Shown here in pieces: positions 46,463 through 53,461 of a DNA stretch of 64,000 bases. Within the stretch, counting starts at the first letter, position 1. Each line of letters starts with the position of its first letter. The notes beneath the pieces are model-generated. The model did no database searches, was not told the DNA's origin, and saw only the letters and a list, made by a program, of their open reading frames with translations. The stretch is from NCBI GenBank assembly GCA_965213675.1, contig CBDCAF010000018.1:7840-71839 (forward strand), written 5' to 3'. This DNA is from an uncultured Candidatus Binatia bacterium (GTDB taxonomy: Bacteria; Desulfobacterota; Binatia; UBA9968; JAJDTQ01). The translations under genes and the position numbers were made by a program.

Positions 46463-47228
46463 GTGCTTCCTTCAAGGAACGGAGATCGTCGAGCAGTTTC
46501 TGTAGCCGTCTTTCCGACCCCTCAAGGGTGGCATAAGACGAGTGGACCACCAGGGTGCCCATGTCCTGCCCGGTCTCTTTGGCGACACAATCCTGGAGGC
46601 GGGCCAAACCAAGCAGGTTGCCTGGTACCTTGTATCGGTAGTCATGGCTCCGGTAGAATGCTGTCAGGTGGACCGCACCAACGAAGAGCTTGAACGAAAG
46701 GTGGGAGAGACAAGGATCGCCCCGTCGGCGTTTACCGTCTTTCACCGTGTTGTAGAGGGGCATGTCGTATTCCCCTTCGGCGACATTAATGTCGTAACGG
46801 GATTTCATGGTTCCCTTGGTCGAAAGCTCCTTCTTCATATTGTCTATCATCTCCTTCAAGGGGTTCATGTCCGTGCCATCGGCTGTCTTTCGTCGAACCA
46901 GCCGATAGGCGTAGGTGTCCCAAAGGATCTTTGGATGCCGCTTGATCGCCGGAAAGGTCTTATCGGGGTAGTCGTCGTAGACGCCCTTCAGTCCCCGCCT
47001 GCGATATTCTGACAAGGGAAAGATCGTTTCGGCCACCGAGTGAATCGGTAGTTGGTTTTCGCCCATAAAGAAGTCATCGAGTTTTTGCTCTGCGGCCTTG
47101 GGATAGCCCCTCTTTCCCGGTTCTCCGATCTCCAGCACAAGGTTCAGCATGGGACCGTTGGACAACAGGAACTCGGCGGCGTCAACCCAGGCATCCATCC
47201 AGGCAGCGGTCTGGATCAATTTTGCCAT
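46434..47228 (-). CDS. Thymidylate synthase-fold (ThyA / pyrimidine hydroxymethylase-like) protein
   Basis: GDPCLSHLSFKLFVGAVHLTAFYRSHDYRYKVPGNLLGLARLQDCVAKETG aligns with E. coli ThyA [56 protein letters not shown] RBS. Confidence 0.65.
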   Translation of the reverse strand: MAKLIQTAAWMDAWVDAAEFLLSNGPMLNLVLEIGEPGKRGYPKAAEQKLDDFFMGENQLPIHSVAETIFPLSEYRRRGLKGVYDDYPDKTFPAIKRHPKILWDTYAYRLVRRKTADGTDMNPLKEMIDNMKKELSTKGTMKSRYDINVAEGEYDMPLYNTVKDGKRRRGDPCLSHLSFKLFVGAVHLTAFYRSHDYRYKVPGNLLGLARLQDCVAKETGQDMGTLVVHSSYATLEGSERRLQKLLDDLRSLKEAHEKADVLAH

Positions 47229-47857
47229 CACGTCACCTCCTCCGTGAGGGCCAGTAGGTCGCGTAGATGACGGGCGAGGAAGGCGTCGTCGAGCCATGCA
47301 TGGCCGTTGTCACCCCATTCGGCACCCCAGCTATTCCTGACCAGGAAGCACCGCGATGTATCGGCGGTCCCCAAACCGACCGCTACGACTGCGTGAAGAC
47401 CTCGGATCGGGCCGTCGTGCGAGATTAACCAAAGAGGTGTAGGCGACAAAAAGTCGTCTGGTATGGAAATGCCGAGAACAGGCGTTTGCCCAGCGTTTAG
47501 CAGGGTTTCGACCTCATCTGCGGTAGCATCCTTCTGAACGCTCTTGCGTGGGTACAGTCGCACGCCTGCCGGTGGCATCCAGCCGAGAGGCAAACCGTCG
47601 GGATAGTAGGGGCAGTCTGCTTCCGCGGGCTGCCCAGGGTCTTGCAGGGCACGAGATGTCTCCAGGAATGCTGCGCCATCCGTCGGATTGTGGACCGACG
47701 CAAAGTAGTGGAGATACTCCGGCGAGAGCGCCATCTTGGAGCCGCGCACGCGTTCGTGTGCGCTCGTGCAGGCAAATGATAGACATGTGGGCCGGGCGCC
47801 CTGGTCCCGAATCGGGCCGAGGCTTTGCCGGTGGTCGACGAGAACGGTGATGTTCAT
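47228..47857 (-). CDS. Papain-family (C1) cysteine peptidase without a signal peptide
   Basis: Contains IRDQGARPTCLSFA (Gln/Cys), GLHAVVAVGLG (His), VRNSWGAEWGDNGHAWL (Asn). Its ATG overlaps the upstream stop (ATGA). Confidence 0.75.
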   Translation of the reverse strand: MNITVLVDHRQSLGPIRDQGARPTCLSFACTSAHERVRGSKMALSPEYLHYFASVHNPTDGAAFLETSRALQDPGQPAEADCPYYPDGLPLGWMPPAGVRLYPRKSVQKDATADEVETLLNAGQTPVLGISIPDDFLSPTPLWLISHDGPIRGLHAVVAVGLGTADTSRCFLVRNSWGAEWGDNGHAWLDDAFLARHLRDLLALTEEVT

Positions 47858-48837
47858 GCTGCATTTGCCAGTGCGTCGAGTTTGGCTTTTCTCGGGAAGC
47901 CGCCGGATTCCTTTCCATGAGCATCGATTTTGATCGCGATATGGTCGAGTGTCGCGCCGCTCCATGGGCGGGCGTGTTCAAAGGCGAGTCGATGTGTGCC
48001 AGGAGTATTGAAACGGACATACACGACACGGGCTGAAGGCCGTCCATAGACTCTGTCCGAGTCTGCTGTGTGCTCTGCGATGACCTCGGAGCTGGCTCCG
48101 GTGTCGATGAGCCTCCAGATGTAGCCGGCGGAAACGTTGTCCTCCAGATGGACTGCGAAGAGATCGTCGGGTCCGGCTTCGAGAAACGTGTCGGTGTCAC
48201 CACAGGTCAAAGCCCAGACGTCGGCCCAGGAGTTCGTGATCAGTTCTGCGGGTGCCAACGCCCGCTTCAGTTCCTTGACCGGCGTCGCTTCGAGTTGTTT
48301 GGCTTCCGCGCGCGTAAGGACCTTGGACGTTACCAAACCCCAGCATGCGGCTTGGTAGCTGATGCCCAAGCGAAGGGAAAGTTGGTAGATGTTGCGCGGT
48401 TGATGCAGCTCTTGCCTTTTCCAGCCATGGCGTGTGGCGGATTCTACCATGAGCTGTTTTGATGCCAGCAGCTCCGAGGCAAAGGTGTCAGCGGCCACCT
48501 CCTCAATCGCACGTGACCCTGAAGCGTGACGTCCCGCGAACCCAACGGTTTTATCCAGGCTTGACTCATGCCCCAGCACCCAGTGTCCGAGCTCGTGGGC
48601 CAGTGTAAACCGCTGAACGGCCAGTCCCATGCGACTCGTAACGATGATGCCTCGGGCACCCTTGCCAGCGGGAACAACGGCGCCCCAAAGATGATCCAGC
48701 GGCCGAAAGACGAGGGGGATGTCCCGCGTGGTGATCGCGCTGACAATGTCGAAACTGGTGCGGTCACTCTTGGCAGTTGAGGCGAGAATCTTGGCTGCTT
48801 CTCTGACGGCTCGCAAAGTCTCGTTACGTCTGTTCAT
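47854..48837 (-). CDS. ImmA/IrrE-type Zn metallopeptidase domain fused to a chagasin-like (I42) cysteine-peptidase inhibitor domain
   Basis: HEXXH motif LAHELGHWVLGH. The C-terminus FAVHLEDNVSAGYIWRL...PGTHRLAFEHARPWSGA matches chagasin NPTTGFAW...AGTHAVNLTYMRPWTGP. Confidence 0.75.
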   Translation of the reverse strand: MNRRNETLRAVREAAKILASTAKSDRTSFDIVSAITTRDIPLVFRPLDHLWGAVVPAGKGARGIIVTSRMGLAVQRFTLAHELGHWVLGHESSLDKTVGFAGRHASGSRAIEEVAADTFASELLASKQLMVESATRHGWKRQELHQPRNIYQLSLRLGISYQAACWGLVTSKVLTRAEAKQLEATPVKELKRALAPAELITNSWADVWALTCGDTDTFLEAGPDDLFAVHLEDNVSAGYIWRLIDTGASSEVIAEHTADSDRVYGRPSARVVYVRFNTPGTHRLAFEHARPWSGATLDHIAIKIDAHGKESGGFPRKAKLDALANAA

Positions 48838-49186
48838 CCGGTTTCCTCGACCGCAGGAATTGGGCGAAACGAAGAACCTCCTCCCGGTCGGTCACCGACA
48901 GTTCAGCGGTCGCCCGTGCTACCAGTCGTACCGACTCCGGCTCCGGGCTCTCCAGATCGGGTCCGGTGAGGCTCTCCATGTTGGTCTGATAGAGCGTGGC
49001 AAGGCGCTGAAGTTCCAATGCATCGACACGTCGCGCCCGATTCTCCATGAGTGAAATGGCGGATCTGGGAAGGCCGAGATGTGCGGCAACCTCTTCCTGG
49101 GTGAACCCGCAGTATTCCCGCGCCTCCTTTAGCCGCGTGCTCAGGGTGCCACGCTTGGCTGGCTGGCCGTGATTATCGTCGTTCAT
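48824..49186 (-). CDS. XRE-family helix-turn-helix transcriptional regulator
   Basis: Contains LKEAREYCGFTQEEVAAHLGLPRSAISLMENRARRV. 14-nt overlap with the ImmA-like gene. Confidence 0.85.
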   Translation of the reverse strand: MNDDNHGQPAKRGTLSTRLKEAREYCGFTQEEVAAHLGLPRSAISLMENRARRVDALELQRLATLYQTNMESLTGPDLESPEPESVRLVARATAELSVTDREEVLRFAQFLRSRKPDEQT

Positions 49187-49220
49187 TTACCACCTCCAAT
49201 CGGATGGGTTGGCGTCAAGC

Positions 49221-49616
49221 TCAGGAGATCTTTCTCATCATTTCGGGTACAAGATGATCGATCATGTCGTCGATGCTCTGGTAACCTCCAGGACGAATCA
49301 GCCGAACGTCAATGGGGCGACCTAGGTATCGCTGAAAAATCGGAGAGCTGCGGGCCACAGCCTTTGAGTCCAACTCAGGCATGGAATCCCACAGGTCGGA
49401 GTTGCTCCTGTCACTGACCATTCCGTTACGACTCGCTTCCACTTGTAAATCCCAGTCTCCCATCTCCTGACTCGCCCATTCCCTGAGTTCTTTTCTCAAG
49501 AGGGCCTCCTTGTTCGGCCCACGGCCCCTCACGGTCCTCAGCGTGGAGGTATCCCAGAACGAAAGGGGAATCTGGGATGAAGATTTAGGGGCTTGGGTAG
49601 GGATTTTGTGTTCCAT
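49221..49616 (-). CDS. Hypothetical protein; the C-terminal half resembles a phosphopantetheine carrier domain
   Basis: ELDSKAVARSSPIFQRYLGRPIDVRLI..GYQSIDDMIDHLV resembles the PCP/ACP pattern GxDS[LK]xAV...F...L...SI..L..HL. Located 34 nt downstream of the PPTase gene. Confidence 0.45.
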   Translation of the reverse strand: MEHKIPTQAPKSSSQIPLSFWDTSTLRTVRGRGPNKEALLRKELREWASQEMGDWDLQVEASRNGMVSDRSNSDLWDSMPELDSKAVARSSPIFQRYLGRPIDVRLIRPGGYQSIDDMIDHLVPEMMRKIS

Positions 49617-49650
49617 AACGGAACAAGATTAGCACCGTAATGTTCGAAAG

Positions 49651-50322
49651 TCAAACATTGCGTTGGGGCAATTCCGGCTGTTGTGACAACAAGGCAACTG
49701 AGCCCACCCAGGGACGGACGGCGGTGGTGCAGCAAACCTCTACAGCGATTCGGTCGAAATGAGCAACGCCGTTCATCATCCCTTGTGGCGCAACTTCCTT
49801 CCACGAGAGTCGTACGTTGTCGTAGCCGAATCGGACACCAAGAACAGGGTTCAAAGCCTTGAAAACGGCTTCCTTCACCGACAGTAGGATCACCGAGCCT
49901 GCAACACCCCAGTCCAGAGGCAACTCGTCGGACGCGATCAGTCCTTTGATTGACAGGAGTTCCCGACCGCGGTCCAGAGTCTCGATGTCGATGCCGACGG
50001 ACCTCACGTGACTGATCCGAGATAGCCCAGCCACAACTTTGGTGCCTTTATGGCTCACGCTCCCCGTGTAACCCGGTGGCCAGTCTCGGGCGCCGGAGGC
50101 GAGGTGCCCTGGCTCATTGGCAGACAGCCCAGCACTCTCCAGCAGATTGGTCAGACAGGTCGCCGTGGCCTTCCGTCTCGCGCGTTCCACGACGGGGACA
50201 CGTTCAGCGGACAGGACGTCCTGAGGGCCTGGTAGCCAATGCGCAAAAGAACCGCCCCTGATGCTCACTTCAGGTGCCAAGCGTTTGAGTTCGTCAACGA
50301 GGGGGTCACGTTGCAGATACAT
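49651..50322 (-). CDS. 4'-phosphopantetheinyl transferase (EntD/Sfp-type)
   Basis: Trimmed to MYLQRDPLVDEL. Contains WPPGYTGSVSHKG, VGIDIE, LSVKEAVFKAL. Confidence 0.75.
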   Translation of the reverse strand: MYLQRDPLVDELKRLAPEVSIRGGSFAHWLPGPQDVLSAERVPVVERARRKATATCLTNLLESAGLSANEPGHLASGARDWPPGYTGSVSHKGTKVVAGLSRISHVRSVGIDIETLDRGRELLSIKGLIASDELPLDWGVAGSVILLSVKEAVFKALNPVLGVRFGYDNVRLSWKEVAPQGMMNGVAHFDRIAVEVCCTTAVRPWVGSVALLSQQPELPQRNV

Positions 50323-50504
50323 GGTTTGATTTTTGCCGTTTACGGGTCTGCGTGGGGTCGATATCGGTTGGGTGCCGTGACGACGGCTGGCTTCTCGTTG
50401 TCTCCCGTGCCCCAGTTCTTCCGCTTGGGGCATATCGTCTCATCGGGTAACCTATTCTATAGGCCGCCGGTTCCGTGGGCGAGCCCCCATTGGACGCGAT
50501 CCTG

Positions 50505-50903
50505 ATGGAAGCCAAACTCAAGCACCTTGAATTTATCCAGGGCGTAGTGAATCGCCTAGCGTCTGACTCCTTCCGAATGAAGGGCTGGGCGGTGGCCTTG
50601 GTTGCTGCGTTCTTTGTCCTGTTGGCAAGGGAAGGACGGATCGAATTTGCCCCGATAGCCGTGGTTCCCGTGCTTGTCTTCTGGGGACTCGACGGCTACT
50701 TCCTGTGGCAGGAACGTCTCTTCCGTGCCCTGTACGATCACGTTCGGCGTGTGAGTGAAGTCGACATTGACTTCTCCATGGATGTCGGCCCGTTTCGAAT
50801 GGGCTGGCGACGAACTTGGTTGGGCGCAACATTCTCGAAAACGCTGATCTTCTTCTACGGCGCGTTGACCATCGCTGTCGGCTTGGTGACGTGCATCTAC
50901 TGA
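50505..50903 (+). CDS. Small integral membrane protein (about 3 TM helices)
   Basis: Contains GWAVALVAAFFVLLA, IAVVPVLVFWGLDGYFLW, LIFFYGALTIAVGLVTCIY. An alternative GTG start is at 50475. Confidence 0.6.
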   Translation: MEAKLKHLEFIQGVVNRLASDSFRMKGWAVALVAAFFVLLAREGRIEFAPIAVVPVLVFWGLDGYFLWQERLFRALYDHVRRVSEVDIDFSMDVGPFRMGWRRTWLGATFSKTLIFFYGALTIAVGLVTCIY

Positions 50904-50922
50904 CCGCGAGGAGACACATCCA

Positions 50923-51420
50923 ATGACACGCAGGGTGTTCTACAGCTTTCACTACAACGCCGACAACTGGCGAGCTGCCATGGTGCGCAATATCGGCAGT
51001 ATCGAAGGGAGCAGCCCCGCATCGGACAACGACTGGGAGGCCGTGAAGAGGGGCGGGGAAGCAGCGATCAGGAAATGGATCGCCAACCAAATGCAATACC
51101 GCTCCTGTACAGTCGTACTGGTCGGGTCGAATACTGCGAACCGCAAGTGGATCAACCACGAAATCGTCAAGTCGTGGGATGACGGTATGGGTGTGATAGG
51201 GATCCACATTCACGGGCTGAAGGATGCCGACGGCAATACGTCAGCCCGAGGAGCCAATCCGTTTGACTTCATCACGCTTGGAGATTCTGCGAAGCGGCTA
51301 TCATCCATAGTGAGGTGTTGTGTTCCCGGCGGCAGCAATAGTCAGGAGAAATATGCCTGGATCTCGAAGCACCTCGCGAATGCAGTAGAAGAAGCCATAA
51401 AAATACGAAACAATAATTGA
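50923..51420 (+). CDS. ThsB-like TIR domain protein (DUF1863 / MTH538 TIR-like)
   Basis: Contains RVFYSFHYNADNWRAAMVRN, CTVVLVGSNTANRKWINHEI, GVIGIHIHGL. Confidence 0.7.
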   Translation: MTRRVFYSFHYNADNWRAAMVRNIGSIEGSSPASDNDWEAVKRGGEAAIRKWIANQMQYRSCTVVLVGSNTANRKWINHEIVKSWDDGMGVIGIHIHGLKDADGNTSARGANPFDFITLGDSAKRLSSIVRCCVPGGSNSQEKYAWISKHLANAVEEAIKIRNNN

Positions 51421-52673
51421 AGACCGCTATCGTCTGTATGAAAGCATCCATCGAGCAACCCAACCCTGGAGCCGATCCCGGAACGATCACGCGCGTAGCC
51501 CTGCGTAACTACAAAAGCATTGCCGCCTGCGATGTCGAGTTGACGCCGCTCACTGTCCTCGTGGGTCCCAACGGTTCCGGCAAGAGTAATTTCCTTGACG
51601 CCCTGTGCTTTGCGGCGCAGGCATTGCGTTTTTCTCTGCACCATGCTGTACACGAGCGCGGTGGGATCAACGAGGTGCGCCGGCTTTCCCACGGCCATCC
51701 CAACCGCTTTGGCATCCGTCTGGATTTCCGTTTGTCCGACGCAACAGGGTGGTACGCGTTCAAGATCGGAGTGCGACGGAACGGCGGCTGTGTCGTACAC
51801 CGCGAGGAATGTGCTATCCAACACGCCGACCCTGGAGAAAGGCAGTATTTCCGAATAGGCGACGGTCGTCTACTGTCTACCTCCATCCCACACCCGCCGC
51901 CGACAGGTGGAAGTGACCGACTTTACCTACAGTCGGCCTCAGGATTTCGAGCGTTCCGGCCGATTTACGATATGTTGGCGGGAATGGGGTTCTACAATCT
52001 CAAGCCGGACCGGATTCGAGACTTCCAGTCGCCGGACCGCGGGGATCTCCTCAAACGGAATGGAAGCAACATCGCCAGCGTTCTCGCCAACCTTGAGTCA
52101 CGTTCCCCAGAGGTTGCAACACGGGTCGGCCAATACCTGTCCAAGGTCGTCCCGGGAACGGTCGGCGTGGCGTCGAAGACGGTCGGACCCAAGCTGACCC
52201 TGGAGTTTTGTCAGCAGGTGCGTGGCGATCCGCACCCTCGGCGGTTTCTTGCCAACAACGCTTCAGAAGGGACGTTGCGGGTCGTCGGGGTACTCGTAGC
52301 GCTTTGTCAGAGTATCGGAGTGGAATCGGGGAACGTGAAACTGGTCGGCATCGAAGAACCGGAAGGCACCCTTCACCCTGCGGCTGCCGGAGTGCTGTCC
52401 GACATACTGCGCGAGGCGAGCGAGCGTGTGCAGGTTGTCGTCACCAGCCAGAGTGCGGACTTGTTGGATCGGAAAACGATTCCATTGGAATCCATCCTGG
52501 CGGTCGTCTCCGAGGACAATGAGACGAAAATTGCCCGGCTTGATGCGGCAGGCCACACGGCACTCCGGGAAGATATGTTCACGGCGGGGGAGATGCTTCG
52601 GATGAATCAGCTTACGCCGAATCCAAAGCAGGTGGCGCCCGTTCACCTGGACCTCTTCCGTAAGGAGGAGTAG
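51417..52673 (+). CDS. ABC/SMC-type AAA ATPase (AAA_21/COG4637-like)
   Basis: Walker A LVGPNGSGKSNFLDAL, signature-like ASEGTLRVVGVL, Walker B LVGIEEPEGTLHP. The TTG start overlaps the TIR stop by 4 nt. An alternative ATG is at 51438. Confidence 0.75.
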   Translation: MKTAIVCMKASIEQPNPGADPGTITRVALRNYKSIAACDVELTPLTVLVGPNGSGKSNFLDALCFAAQALRFSLHHAVHERGGINEVRRLSHGHPNRFGIRLDFRLSDATGWYAFKIGVRRNGGCVVHREECAIQHADPGERQYFRIGDGRLLSTSIPHPPPTGGSDRLYLQSASGFRAFRPIYDMLAGMGFYNLKPDRIRDFQSPDRGDLLKRNGSNIASVLANLESRSPEVATRVGQYLSKVVPGTVGVASKTVGPKLTLEFCQQVRGDPHPRRFLANNASEGTLRVVGVLVALCQSIGVESGNVKLVGIEEPEGTLHPAAAGVLSDILREASERVQVVVTSQSADLLDRKTIPLESILAVVSEDNETKIARLDAAGHTALREDMFTAGEMLRMNQLTPNPKQVAPVHLDLFRKEE

Positions 52674-52698
52674 GGGAAGGTGTCAAGGAGGCGTGTTC

Positions 52699-53049
52699 AT
52701 GCCGCGCAACACATCGGTTTCTCTCGGGTATCACTTCATCGGTTTCATCGACGAGCGTGTGCAGTCCGGTCGTTACAACTCGGCAAGCGATGTGGTGCGC
52801 GCCGGGCTGCGGCTGTTGGAAGAGCACGAAGCCAAGGTTGAGGCTCTGAGGGAAGCCCTCATCGAAGGCGAGCAATCCGGTCCGGCGACACCGTTTGACT
52901 TCGACGCGTTCATTACCCGCAAGAAGACTACTCAGGACGGTCAAGAGGGCCGTCCTGAGACCCAGTCCGAGTTTGCCAGCCAAGACCGCTACCCGGCCGG
53001 CCATGAAACGGGACGCCTGAACCGAGACGACATTGACGAAGGCGGTTAG
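52699..53049 (+). CDS. parD: ParD-family (RHH) antitoxin-like protein with an atypical C-terminal tail of about 35 aa
   Basis: Contains MPRNTSVSLGYHFIGFIDERVQSGRYNSASDVVRAGLRLLEEHEAKVEALREALIEGEQSGPATPFDFDAF. Confidence 0.8.
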   Translation: MPRNTSVSLGYHFIGFIDERVQSGRYNSASDVVRAGLRLLEEHEAKVEALREALIEGEQSGPATPFDFDAFITRKKTTQDGQEGRPETQSEFASQDRYPAGHETGRLNRDDIDEGG

Positions 53050-53058
53050 TTTCCTACA

Positions 53059-53298
53059 ATGAGCACCATGATTGACCCGAAGGCATGCGCCTTCCAGGAA
53101 GATCGCGCTGCGGCTGAAGTCGAAGCTGCCCTGGCGGCGGCCAAGGAAGACGCCAAGAGAGTCAGGGCAGAGTTTGTCGATAGTTTGCCGCCAGACTCTC
53201 TCGCATACGATGCCGAATGGACTACCGGGTACGGCAGCGAGGGTCGCTTGATCTTCACGATAACCTCCGTATGCGTGACTACCCCAGAGAAGCGGTGA
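53059..53298 (+). CDS. Hypothetical small protein (weak call)
   Basis: ATG lies 9 nt after the parD-like stop. No recognisable motif. Confidence 0.25.
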   Translation: MSTMIDPKACAFQEDRAAAEVEAALAAAKEDAKRVRAEFVDSLPPDSLAYDAEWTTGYGSEGRLIFTITSVCVTTPEKR

Positions 53299-53461
53299 AC
53301 CAAGTGACTGCCGACCTGCGAAGGCGACTCGTCGGCACAAGAGTCGATGCATGTGGTGTATGGGTGGTCACCATCATCCTGCGGCCCAGGCCGTCGGGTT
53401 GATCCCATGCCTAGAGATCCACGCCAATTGACAACCGCGGACCATCCCGTACGTTCAAGGC

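Noticed and set aside
50923-51420. Calling a Thoeris system
   Set aside because: Only a ThsB-like TIR protein is present. No ThsA (SIR2/SLOG or Macro) gene was found in the window, so the named system cannot be asserted.
52950-53460. Frameshifted ParE toxin remnant downstream of parD
   Set aside because: The resemblances (RPETQSEFASQD..RY.A..ET; EGRLIFTIT) are too weak and scattered to support a pseudogene call without an HMM search.
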